DNA of 64,000 bases. Source: a virus. The stretch is from positions 1 to 64,000 of IMG/VR virus record IMGVR_UViG_3300031521_000033; one strand, 5' to 3'. Shown piece by piece: positions 19,484-31,147 of the stretch. The notes below the pieces were generated by a model, which saw only the letters and a list, made by a program, of their open reading frames with translations, did no database searches and was not told where the DNA came from. The position numbers and the translations under genes are program-made. Each line of letters begins with the position of its first letter. Positions within the stretch are counted from its first letter, which is position 1.

Positions 19484-22400
19484 GAAAAAGCCTTACCATT
19501 TACTGATAAGACTTGATCTATTTTAATCATTTAGTTCTGTAAACCTTTGTTCGAGTAAATCCTGTATTTCAGCTGGAGTAACAAACCACTCTTTAGACTC
19601 TTTCAGATTTTTTGTGATAATAACAATATCATTTGAATTATAACTGTCATTTTGTCCTGCAATACACTCTATTTCTCCATCACAATCATATAAAACAATC
19701 ATCGCTTTTCCATCAAAGTCATTAAATTCATCACAAACATACTGTAAGTTCTTAATAGCTTCTTCTGTCATGTCTTCAATTGCAGTTGCGTGTCTTTCTA
19801 CACTCATCTCAACCACTCCTTTAATTTATCTTATAATTCATTATACATCTAATAAATAAGTCTGTCAACACTATTATTTAAAATAAATAAAAAAAAGAGC
19901 CTATCATTAGTTAATCACTTCCAATTCAATTATTTCAACTTTACAAGCCGTGTTACAAACAAATTTTGCAAACTTTTGGGCTTCTTCCTTTGTTGTAAAT
20001 ACTGCTTGAGAAGTTGATTCAACTCTGTCTGTAAAACGATTTAAATAAACTGGTTGATATAATTTCATGATTATCGATCTCCCTTATATTTTATTAGTCT
20101 ATTTCATAACCCTCTGAATTATAACTCTGACTGATTAGTATGTCAACAATTATTTAACCTTTACTATAAATCCAATACGGCATTGGTGTATGCCACTTTT
20201 CATAGGCTCTTGAATCAACTACTTGATATAAACTATTTCCAAATGGTGTACTTTGTATTTCGTAATAAGTATCCGTTTCTTCATTATAAATTGCCCATGC
20301 AAATTCATCGGATAAGACTTTTGCTATTTCCACTGTACAACTATTAGTGTCCCAAAGTTCTAAATGTTCGTGAGTATATCCAATTAGCTGTAATTCTGGT
20401 TTGTTACCAAATTTTTGAATGTGATCTGCTAAGTAATTATCATATGCACTCATGCTAATTTCTCCTTTGTTTTATTTACTATAATCATTATACTGCTGGA
20501 TAATTGTTATGTCAATACTATTTTAAATATTAATTAAATATTATTTTGACCTCGTAGAATCGTTTCTAAGCGATTTAATTTAACAATGCATATACTTGTA
20601 TAGGCTTATAGTAAAACATTTGATTAGCATAGCAATGCATAAGCAAAAAGCCCTTACTATGTATTAAGTAAAGGCTTAATTTATTAACTATACTCTAATT
20701 TTTCACAATTGGTAAACCACCACTCACAATTTACGCAACGTGTTAATGGTGGCATTTCTCTAATATTACAGTGCTTAGTTATCATATCACATCCTTCAAT
20801 ATCGCAGGATACAAAACATTTAGGGGGTTCATTATTAATTTGTCTCAAGATAGCAATCTCTTGTTTTGTCAAAGTACTCCATCCTTTCTGATTCTTCTAA
20901 CGCTAAATGACTTTTATATCTGTAATGCTTGTAATTATCCCCATGAAAAGCCTTAACTGCTCTTGTAAATCCATGATCTAAAGCCTTTTCAACAACATCA
21001 AGCAGGCATAAATCACGCATTGCATTATATAGAATAGTTATTTCAGTTTGAATAATATCCCCATTTTCAAGATAAGACTGCTTTTTATGTGGATCTGGTT
21101 CATTGGTATAATTCATATCATTGCATTTTCTAAGATAATACAATAATTCAAGTCGTGTATAAAAATACTGCTTTTCATTCTTTGTCATGATTAACATTCT
21201 CCTTTATATAATTACATTAGCGAATGATAGAGATAATTTATTCCCCATTCAATAGATTCATTGTTAATACCTTCATTGGCATCATGCCCGTGTTCAAGCA
21301 ATGTTAGTACGCAGAAACATTGCTTGTCTGATAATTCTTTACCATCTTTAAACACTATTTCTCTTTCTTCAATAATGTTTCTTACATCTTCAATTCCCCA
21401 TACAATACTAATTGTCATTTCTTTTTCGTTAATCATTTAAAACCACTCCTTAATTTTTTCTATAATTCATTATAACACTAAACAAATTAATTGTAAAGAC
21501 TTTTATTTAAATTTAATTTCTTTTTTTATAGGTTTCGCCTGTTTTATATTTCCATTCAATAGTATAGATTGCTTTACTCCATCCGTCATAATATCATCGA
21601 AAGCAACCAATATGATCCATTTGTCTAAATTGCTCTATAGCTGATTTTAAACTGACAGCTTCAATCAAATAAATAAATCTATCTTTAAGGAATAATTTAA
21701 ATACATATCTATTTTTCATATTATCAGCTATTTCATTAAACTATTTTAAAATGTAATTCCATGCAAAACTGGACTGCTTCTTGATACTCAAAAAATTGTT
21801 CATAATCAAATATATCTTGTAAATACCCATTCAAATACTGCTTTATTTCGTATAGTCCATTACTTTCAACCAATTTAATACTCATGTATAATACCTCCTC
21901 TTGATTAACCTAAGTATATCATACCTAAAATACACTTGTCAAGAAAATAATAAAAAATAAGCCCTACAATTAAGTAGGACTTTAATACTATTTCAATAGG
22001 TCTTTAATTCGTTGGTAATATAATACCCATTTTTCACAGTCAACGTCTGCATCATCACACGATGCGTAACAATTACCCATTTTATATAATAATAGGTATA
22101 ATTGATTGCTCTTGTCATAAAAACCTGCAATCTTTTCCCCTTTTACACCAATAAACCAAAATGATTCTCTGTCTTCTGGCTTAAATGGTGCTTTTATAAT
22201 TGGATTTGGGCAGTCAACAAAAAATCCAATATCGCCGGTGTCTTCAACCGTTGCCCATTGATCCTGTTCTTTGTTATAGCACTGTAAAATTGTTGTATCC
22301 GGTGGCTGTTTTATAAATCTAAATTCTTGAATACCTTCATTGTAATAATCACGCGTGAAATGCTCGGCAAATTTAACATTAAGTCCGGTTCTAATAATTT

Positions 22401-24430
22401 CCATAATATCAATATTTTTCATATTATTCCCACCTTTTAAAATTGTTTATCTAAATAAATTGTTGCATCATAAACTACTACATGCCCATTATAGGATCTG
22501 CTAAGTGTATAAGCGCAGCCATAGTCACCTAAAAAAGCATGCAATTCTTCAAATGATTTAAAGAAATGAGTTAAAGCGGAACGGCGCTTTTTACCATAAA
22601 AATGGATTGTTTTTACAAGCTCTATCATTGTTCTACTTGACTTTCAGCCTCAGCCAGGCAAGCATCATTTAACATGTAGTACATATCCTCGTAGTATACA
22701 CCCTCATAAGATTCACCTTGCAGGGTAAAATCAGTATACAATACACTATCAATCATGTACTGAGATTGAATAATTAAAGTTACCGCAAAGACTAAAGATA
22801 ATAAATGTTTCATCATTTTACAGTTCTTCCTTTCTATCATAAATTTCAAGAGAATTCAAAACATCTTCATTATCATCAATAAAACTTTGTGCTTCGCTAA
22901 ATGTATCAAATTCAGCTACTTGAACACCATCCCCAATTTCCCAATCTAAAACGGCATACACTTCAAACCTTTTCATAATTATATAACCCCCATATCTATA
23001 ATCTTAAATTCTTTTTGATAATGTAGCCGACCTAAAGCCATCAAAGCATATATACGTCGCTGTACCTCAACAATGTCATCATCATCAATGAAATAATCCC
23101 CGGATCTTAAAATAACTTTAAATTTTTTCAATTGCTTCAACTCCTTTATTAACTTCTTTAAGTATAACATCCCAATATTGCAATGTCAACATAAATTAAT
23201 TAAACTTTTGCACTAATTTTGTACCCCCATTTATTATTCGTATCAGACTCCCCACAAATAAATCAATAACAATATTTCCAATCATAAATAAAACACTAAA
23301 CATTGCGCCAAATATAACGCTAAAAATTATAATTATTTCCATAACATTCCCCCATTAATCATAAATATAATTATGTCCATCGGATCTAAGTACAAATCGC
23401 TGTGGTTTATAGGATACTAAGCGTAAAGCCCATTCAATAAATTTTGTCATAATATACCAATCTCCTTTTTATTAATGGAATATATCTAATTTGCACGAAA
23501 TCAATGCATCATGCAAATATTTATAATGTTTTTCATTGCTCATACAATCATGGTCATTGTCATACACAATCCAGTCATTATTACCACGTCTTACAATTAC
23601 ATTTAAATCTGACTTAATATATAAAACTTCATTATCAGTTGACATTAAAGATTATCTCCTTTCTTGATTATACTATCAGTATAGGGCTATATTTCCATAA
23701 TGTCAACATAATAATTTTATTTTGCTATTTTGTCATATTCTTGCAACACTCGAAACAATGCTTTAGGATTTGGTACTAGCTCACCGACAGTTCGAACAGT
23801 TCCAAATAAGTCAATGTAAATCTTACATGATTTGCGTAGTGAGGTAATTGTCGCAAATGCTTCACCTAATCTTAGCGTGCTAATTTCAATCCTATTATTA
23901 CCAAACATAATATTCACTGTATTAGTCCTCGCTTTCTTCATATCCGTATGAATCAATTAATTCTTGTAATTCATCCGGCAGGTCATAATTTTCGGGGCTT
24001 GCAATACATAAATCTGCAATTTTATCAATTGAATCTTCCATTTTGTTTTGAATATCATATTCGCTAAAACTTTCAAGGTTTTCATAGACGTTGAATTTGA
24101 AATAATCATCTGTCGGATTAAATGATCCAAAATGAATACTCCTTGCGATGTCCCAAGGTGTCTTTCCTTCCATATAATCATCAAAATCTTCCATATTAAT
24201 AAAATATAATTCGGATAAATTGTCGTCATAACTATTGATGTTTGAAACTAACTGCCGCAATTCGTCTGTGTTGTCTTTTAACCATTCAATTACTTTATTT
24301 CTTAATGTCATTGTTAACAACTCCTTTTATCTATCTGTACTTATATTATCATGCTATGAAAATGCTGTCAATACTTTTTATAAAAATAATTAAAAATAAA
24401 AAGCACCTAATTTGTTTTAAGTGCTTTAAT
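19484..24430 (-). other. Array of early-type cassettes (promoter - small ORFs - terminator)
   Basis: Near-consensus promoters at 19840-19868, 20118-20146, 20487-20515, 21469-21497, 21913-21942, 23678-23706 and ~24343-24371; hairpin terminators near 19490, 20650, 21960 and 24400; ORFs 19523, 20154, 20684, 20835, 21212, 21988, 22437, 22625, 22979, 23717, 23922. Confidence 0.75.
23922..24320 (-). CDS. Acidic early protein
   Basis: D/E-rich 132 aa behind its own promoter; FNPTDDYFKFNVYENLESF. Confidence 0.65.
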   Translation of the reverse strand: MLTMTLRNKVIEWLKDNTDELRQLVSNINSYDDNLSELYFINMEDFDDYMEGKTPWDIARSIHFGSFNPTDDYFKFNVYENLESFSEYDIQNKMEDSIDKIADLCIASPENYDLPDELQELIDSYGYEESED

Positions 24431-24448
24431 AGAAGGGAGTTGCAATTT

Positions 24449-25174
24449 TCAACTGTAACAATCAACTATGAAGCTTGCTACTGCTACGTTTGCAGGTATA
24501 AATCCATCTTTGATATCGGATAGTATTTCAAGTATAATTCGCATATGCTCAATGTCTTGTTTATTTCTGTATAAACTGTATAATATTGACAATACCGCAA
24601 TTCCTTCATTTTCATCAACATTCAATAGGGCTTCTCTTGATCCTGCTCTATTTCCAACAAATCCCATGCAGGTATCAAATATTGGTGTTTTTGCTAATGC
24701 TGCTAATGTGTTGATAGCCTCTCTATTGTTATATTCTTTGAGGAGGCCCAAATTTTTCTCTATTGTTGCTATTGTTGCTGTGTCCTCATTTTTTATTGCC
24801 TTTAAAACTTCTGGCTTAATGTGAGTTGTTTTAGGGGGTATTTTTATGTCCGTGCATATAAAGTGTTGCTTAAACTGTTTATACCCCTTAGAACGCTTGT
24901 CAAGGCTATCAAGGCACATTATAAGGATTGACCTTGACTTTATTGCTGCGTGAATCATGTTATCAATAAATTTTGGATCTTTTACATATTCCGGGCAGCC
25001 TAAGAAGTATATAAGCTGCGGTTTTGAGAATAGATTATTGCCTATTGTTGCTATTGTCTTCTCTGGATCAATAGCATAATTTATTTTAGTCTCAGGGTTC
25101 TTTGCTATTGTTTCAATGTATCGTATCTGCTTGCCATGGTCATCACCATATAAGATATAAATGTCCATTGTCAT
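24449..25174 (-). CDS. Clamp-loader delta (HolA)-like subunit
   Basis: IYILYGDD, NNLFSKPQLI and LDKRSKGYK match delta subunit hallmarks. Confidence 0.6.
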   Translation of the reverse strand: MTMDIYILYGDDHGKQIRYIETIAKNPETKINYAIDPEKTIATIGNNLFSKPQLIYFLGCPEYVKDPKFIDNMIHAAIKSRSILIMCLDSLDKRSKGYKQFKQHFICTDIKIPPKTTHIKPEVLKAIKNEDTATIATIEKNLGLLKEYNNREAINTLAALAKTPIFDTCMGFVGNRAGSREALLNVDENEGIAVLSILYSLYRNKQDIEHMRIILEILSDIKDGFIPANVAVASFIVDCYS

Positions 25175-26070
25175 TTATACCCATAATTTGAATGCAAAAA
25201 GTTTATTGATTGTTTAATATTATTCAATTCATATTTTAATTTGATGTTTTCGTCTGTCACTTCAATTAATCTATTTTCATAGTATTGTTCTTTGTCGGCG
25301 GCAAGTTCTTTTATTGGTTCTATTGTTCCATTCATCTCAAGATGCACTATTCCGAATGTTTGATCTGTATCGTCAACTATTTGCAATATATCTTCCCCAC
25401 CATACGATGAATGATTGCAACAATGACAGCCGACCGTTACTGCTGTTCCTCTGTCAAACTTTCTTAATTGATCTTCAATATACCCTATTGTTAAGTTTTT
25501 CATGATGCCCGACCTTCCCTATCCATTTGCCAAAACATTAAAATTACTATTGGAACAAACGAAGCAGTTACTATTGATCCTGCATTTTCAAATACTGTTG
25601 AACTAATTGAAGTAACCCATATTCCAAGTTCTGCCCCTACTAAAACTGCCTGTATTGTTAATAGTATTAAAGAACCTGTTTTAATTTTAACCATTATATT
25701 TGATCACCTTTCTATTAAACGTTTTATTTCTTGCTTGCAACATATAGCACATATTACCTCTTCTGCAATTCCCTTACTTGGAAACCCACCAAAACTTTCT
25801 AAAAGCATGTTTAAACTGTAAATCCACCATAAATCATCTTCACGTTTCCGGGCACAGAGCCACGTATATGCCATTATTTTCCGTACCCCTTCCATGATAA
25901 GTATGCTATTGTTATAAATATTACACCTGCCAATATACAATCCATCCCGGCACTTACTACTATTTGGTTCATCTTGACACCAAGCTCCATATAAGTTCTT
26001 CGGTTGCAATTATGCCAATTACAATTATTAATAATATAATAAGTTTCATATATAGTATCCTTTCTATTGT

Positions 26071-26376
26071 TTATTTATGAAGTAGAACCCATGTATCAAT
26101 AGCCCACGTATCAAATATATGTTGTTTGGACTTTGATGTTTCAATCAAATCATTTAATGCAGTTGTTGTACTGTGGATTGTTCTTGGATTATATCTGTTT
26201 TTCATCCTATCATACTGCTCTTCAATGACTGCAATGAAGAATTGATCTAACTCTATTGTATTGATTGAATCTGTCTTTAATTTTAACCTATTTGCAAATG
26301 AAAGTAAATCTTTTTTATCACATTTGCTAATATGATCTAACACATATGTTACATATTCGTATATTTCTTGCCTCAT
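26071..26376 (-). CDS. Hypothetical protein, possibly a delta-prime (HolB) C-terminal-like collar domain
   Basis: Helical; TTTALNDL..SKSKQHIFDTW resembles clamp-loader collar ends; weak. Confidence 0.3.
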   Translation of the reverse strand: MRQEIYEYVTYVLDHISKCDKKDLLSFANRLKLKTDSINTIELDQFFIAVIEEQYDRMKNRYNPRTIHSTTTALNDLIETSKSKQHIFDTWAIDTWVLLHK

Positions 26377-27604
26377 TCTTTAATTCCCCATTTCCTTTTA
26401 TAGTATTGTTCTAACTGAATATAACAATACTCTGTTACACATATATTATAAATAGGACAAGATAACTCACAAAAACCCTCTGTTGTGTCGGCTAGTCTAA
26501 TTACCACATCTGCCAATGCTTCATCATATTTTGACTCATTTTTAATTGCATCAATTGCTAATGCTATCGCGTGTTCAAAATGTTTATCTTTATCAAATAA
26601 ACGAGATTCAACTATTATAACATCATAAATGTATTGTAATCTTTCTATTGTTGTCATATTATTTACCCCACTATAAATTCTTGTTTCATTTTAGTACTTA
26701 GATTTTCATAATAATCATGCTGGCATTTTTCACAGTCATTAATGCATGCAAATATTACATTTTCATTTTGAGGGCAATTTCCATACCCTGCATTTGATTC
26801 AATATAGCTTATTAAATTCTCTATTAATGTTTCAATGTTGCTATTGGCTTTGTCTAATTTTTCTTCCAGTGTTGACATTTATTCAACCCCTAAACTTCAA
26901 AAGATACACCATTGTAGTATTTGTTAATTCTTTTCTAAATTCATGGCCAAAATCATCATCACATTCTAAATGTGCAATCATATCTTTTGCTAATATTTCT
27001 TGACCTAATACAATAAAATATCCATCCTCAACTCCAGAGTTAACTAATTCAAGCATACATTCTAATATTGTATCCTGATTAGCTTCATTAGATTGAAGCC
27101 TATCTAAAATATCATTGATAGCATCATTATACCCATCAGTATAATCTACTGTTAGAAATGTTCCTGTATTATCAACATCATAGTTATTTTTGTATTGAAT
27201 CAAGTGTGTTATTGCAATTCTTATACTATCCATTTTATTTTCTCCATTTCCTCATAATGTGCTTTTTAACCTTGATTGCTGGTGTAAATGCAGGTGAAGA
27301 CGTTCTTCTCATACACGTTGGGCAATTGCAGAGGAAGTATTTACATAAAATACAACTTCTTCCTTTAATCATTCTGATGTTAAACTGTTTATTAAAATAT
27401 CTATTCCTATGCTTATTTGATTTGTCTGTTGCAAAATCTGTCTTTCTAAGACCAGCAGCCCCAATTATGAATACTTTACCTACACTGGTTTCAATTAAAC
27501 AAAGTTTTCTTGGGCTGTCACGATACAAAATCGATCCATTTGATCAATTACCTTTACCCTATCTCCTACTTTTAACATTTAAAATTCCTCCTAATTAATT
27601 TTAT

Positions 27605-28099
27605 TTATCTTAATGCAAATTGACTTACAATAATTCGTTCTTCAATATATACTGGTTTTACATCTTTTGAGTCATTTGGATTTACTAATAGAATCCATGT
27701 TCCCTCTGCACTTGCAGGACTGTATAATCCATTAGGATCTGCTTGAGCAATTGCTACGGTGTGGTTATACCCTGCTACCTGTTGTGGGTTATTGTATTGT
27801 GTCGCTGCCGGAATGCCATACCCAATGCTTTTACCTAATAGTACAAGTTGTCCTGTCTGCTCTGCTACAATATAGGTATAAGTAGATAAATTTGCTTGAT
27901 CTCGTAGTTCAATAATTTCTTTCAAAATACGTTTTTCTTGAAAACTGGTTATTGCTGGAGTTCCAACTTGTGAGATGCTTTCACTTTGAGCTTGTTCTTG
28001 CTGCCGTGCTTCTTTGTCTTTACTCGTTTCATCAAGCCCACACCCAAATAAACCTAACGACATAACCCCAATTAACATAATTACAATAATCTTTTTCAT
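27605..28099 (-). CDS. Lipoprotein
   Basis: MKKII signal with lipobox LFGC; QADPNGLYSPASAEGTW. Confidence 0.8.
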   Translation of the reverse strand: MKKIIVIMLIGVMSLGLFGCGLDETSKDKEARQQEQAQSESISQVGTPAITSFQEKRILKEIIELRDQANLSTYTYIVAEQTGQLVLLGKSIGYGIPAATQYNNPQQVAGYNHTVAIAQADPNGLYSPASAEGTWILLVNPNDSKDVKPVYIEERIIVSQFALR

Positions 28100-28100
28100 A

Positions 28101-28439
28101 TTATCTTTCTCCTCTTCTTAATTTTTCTATGAATGCTCTTTGATATGGCTGAAAATCTAGTAAGTTATAATCGGCATATTCATGTAATATTAATGTTGCT
28201 AAAGAATCCTTATTTTCCGGGGTTGTTTGTTGATATTCCTGCATTTGTTTTGCTAAGTGCTGTGCCATGCCTTGAGTATATGCTTTTGATTGTTCAAATG
28301 TCTCTCTGCGTACCTGTTCATATTGTGGTGCGAATACTTTGTACAAAAAGAAATTGTTTCCTTGGATTAACCAAACTGGCAACAACAATAATACTACTGT
28401 AAATGCCCCGGCAATTGTCATTTTTAATAATGTTAACAT
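28101..28439 (-). CDS. Membrane-anchored protein paired with the lipoprotein
   Basis: N-terminal TM helix; VRRETFEQSKAYTQGM. Confidence 0.7.
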   Translation of the reverse strand: MLTLLKMTIAGAFTVVLLLLPVWLIQGNNFFLYKVFAPQYEQVRRETFEQSKAYTQGMAQHLAKQMQEYQQTTPENKDSLATLILHEYADYNLLDFQPYQRAFIEKLRRGER

Positions 28440-28928
28440 TTAAAATTCCTCCCCATCTTCATTAAATTTGTTTGCTAATTCGGCTAATTTATCTTTACTT
28501 GGTGGTGCTATGATATCAATTTTGCTAAGGTCATACTTAAGTATAGCACTCATTTCATCAATGTCAAGTACTCTTAGCATATATTTTCTATCATCTTGTG
28601 ACTCGCTGCGCTGTTCAATTTTGTGTATCATTGATTTAGCTGTTTCTAACATTTTATTGCTTTTTATTGTTTGTCCAATACTTTGAAGTGCTCTTAAATC
28701 ACCCTTTACATTTTCTCTGTCAACACGGGCATTAACTAGCATACTGACTAATTTATTATTTACAGATGCTTTTAATTTTCCCTTGCCAAGTTGTAAAATA
28801 TGTTCATAATCACTTATGAGTTGATCTGCTTTTGATAGTGATGTCGAATTTTCCTCATTCATTGGACTTACCATTTTCAGTAATTCTACTAGTTCCTTTA
28901 ACTTGATTTCTATTTCATCTATTAACAT
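28440..28928 (-). CDS. Coiled-coil hypothetical protein
   Basis: RBS AAAGGGG; promoter upstream near 28960-28986. Confidence 0.65.
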   Translation of the reverse strand: MLIDEIEIKLKELVELLKMVSPMNEENSTSLSKADQLISDYEHILQLGKGKLKASVNNKLVSMLVNARVDRENVKGDLRALQSIGQTIKSNKMLETAKSMIHKIEQRSESQDDRKYMLRVLDIDEMSAILKYDLSKIDIIAPPSKDKLAELANKFNEDGEEF

Positions 28929-29095
28929 ATTTGTTATCCCCTTTCTTCTATAAACCTATAATACCATACCATTTTAAGCTTGTCAAGCATATAAATAAAA
29001 AAAGAGCAAGAAATTAATCTCACTCTTTTTTGTATACTTATGTAATTGTATTCGGTAGAGTGTTGGTCTACCATAGAAGAGGATCACCGCCTTTC

Positions 29096-29278
29096 CTATT
29101 TTTTCTTTTTAGCTGTTACTTTCTTTAGTTTTGGATTTGATTTTTTCGCCGATTTTGAAGCCCCTCTGCTTGCACTTGCTACGATTGCACCTGCTTGCTG
29201 TTTTGTATATCCCTCTGATTCAACTTTCTTTTGTGCTCCCTCAAACCCGATATGTTTTACTTTTGCTGCCTTTGCCAT
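29096..29278 (-). CDS. Small basic conserved phage protein
   Basis: MAKAAKVKHIGFEGAQKKVESEGYTKQQAGAIVASASR; RBS AAAGGGGGTG. Confidence 0.7.
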   Translation of the reverse strand: MAKAAKVKHIGFEGAQKKVESEGYTKQQAGAIVASASRGASKSAKKSNPKLKKVTAKKKK

Positions 29279-29514
29279 TATATCACCCCCTTTCAAATCC
29301 AATCAAATACGTTCTTCTGGATGCTTTTCAAAATATACAATGTTGCTGAAATAAAATATTGTAAATAAAATCAGTAATGCCATTGCCCACCATCCAGCAT
29401 TATAATATAGTAGATAACAACAATATCCAAAACCACCAACACAAAATGTTTGAATTATTGCTTTTAGTAGTGCAGACAGTTGTGTCGTCATATCTGGATC
29501 ATTTTTAATCACAA

Positions 29515-30540
29515 TTAATCATTCCTTTCTATTGTTAATAATTCAGCTACAAGTTCTTCTTTTGCGGTTGTTGATTGTTTAACCCTGTATTGTAATGTTT
29601 TCAGTGACTTCATTAGTACTGTAATATTAGTATAATCCTTTTCATCTAATTTGTCAAGTATTTCCTTTGCTGAGTTAGGCAGCATTGTTTTGCTAATGTC
29701 TTTGGTTATTCTGTAAATGCTAATATCAAGGGTTAATCTAAATAATTCAACCACGAATTGATTCATATTTCCCCCGGACAATTGCACCTTATTCGCAGTA
29801 TCAATAACTACTTCTCCACACTTGTCAAGCCATGCAAATAAAATATCAAACATTAATTGGTATGATCCACCTGTGACTGCCTGTGTTACTGCTGGTGATG
29901 TTATTTTACCATTTGCATGTACTAGGTCAACTATTTGAATTGCGTTGCGCATAGATCCTTTGACAAGCTTTGCAATATGTTCAATTGCTAATTCATCATA
30001 TTCAATATGTTCTTGATTGCAAATATAAATAAGTCTATTTTTAATTCCTTCATTTGTAATAGGTAAAATATTGAATCGCTGCACCCGGCTTAAAATAGGT
30101 AGTGGTAATTTCTCTGGATTTGTTGTTGTTAAAATAAAACATACATGAGACGGGGTAAATTCAAATATTCTAAGTAGTGTATCCCATGCTACCTTTGATG
30201 ATATCCCCTGACATTCTTCAATAATATATACTTTCTTTTTATAATTTAATGGTTTTGTCATTGCATCTTCCACTAATTCTCGCATTGCATCGGCTGATCC
30301 GTTATTGGTTGCATCTACAATAATGTATGAATTATCTGTTTGATTGATCTCTTTTGCAAGGATGAATCCTATTGTTGATTTTCCTTGTCCTGCCCCTCCA
30401 ACAAATAAATAACATCCGGCTACTTTGTCCTGTTCCAGTTGTGCTTTTAATATGGCTTTTGTCAAGTCCTGTTCAACCACATCATCTAAATTATTTGGTC
30501 TATATTTTTGAGCTAAACTAATCATAAAAATGCCTTCCAA
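29515..30540 (-). CDS. dnaX: Clamp loader ATPase, DNA Pol III gamma/tau-like
   Basis: LAQKYRP, Walker A GGAGQGKST, KVYIIEE, FILTTTNPEKLP..ILSRVQ, GSMRNA. Confidence 0.9.
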   Translation of the reverse strand: MEGIFMISLAQKYRPNNLDDVVEQDLTKAILKAQLEQDKVAGCYLFVGGAGQGKSTIGFILAKEINQTDNSYIIVDATNNGSADAMRELVEDAMTKPLNYKKKVYIIEECQGISSKVAWDTLLRIFEFTPSHVCFILTTTNPEKLPLPILSRVQRFNILPITNEGIKNRLIYICNQEHIEYDELAIEHIAKLVKGSMRNAIQIVDLVHANGKITSPAVTQAVTGGSYQLMFDILFAWLDKCGEVVIDTANKVQLSGGNMNQFVVELFRLTLDISIYRITKDISKTMLPNSAKEILDKLDEKDYTNITVLMKSLKTLQYRVKQSTTAKEELVAELLTIERND

Positions 30541-30712
30541 TCATCCCCGCTGTTAATATCCCAAGTATATGGCGTACTATCATTAAGCATACAATTACCC
30601 GAAGGTGTAGATATCGGGCAAGTTTTACACCCTATATGTTTAACAGAGCAATTCATACACTCATCTTTTATGACTTGGACTGCTTTAATAATTTCTTCGC
30701 TTGTATGAACCA

Positions 30713-31147
30713 TTATACAATCACCCCATTGTTTACTTTTTTGATATATTCATCAATTTGTTCCTTTGTAATTCTGTCAGTTCTAAAGCAATTACCAAGT
30801 TTGCGTTTCATTAAATCAAAGTCACACTCTTTATCAAACTCGTCATCAAAAACACACCTATCATCTGTGTTGATAAAATAAAATTTATCCCCCTGCATTG
30901 CCCAAAATGGCTCTTGTAATTTTTTTACAATTTCATATTTACCTGACATGATGTCTGCAACACAAAACGTAGGACTATTTTTCCAAACATCTATCTCTTG
31001 GTTATCATCAGTTACCTGTATAATATTTCCGCTAATAACTCTACATTTTCCATACATCGTTGTATTATCTGATTTTTTCCTTAATTTAAACTCTTCATAA
31101 TATGAAATATCTAATTCACTTTGTGTATATACTATAACCTTATTCAT
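30713..31147 (-). CDS. Hypothetical protein, paralog of 34310-34762 and 21988-22422
   Basis: Shared PFWA...LGNCF.T..IT.EQI C-terminal domain. Confidence 0.7.
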   Translation of the reverse strand: MNKVIVYTQSELDISYYEEFKLRKKSDNTTMYGKCRVISGNIIQVTDDNQEIDVWKNSPTFCVADIMSGKYEIVKKLQEPFWAMQGDKFYFINTDDRCVFDDEFDKECDFDLMKRKLGNCFRTDRITKEQIDEYIKKVNNGVIV

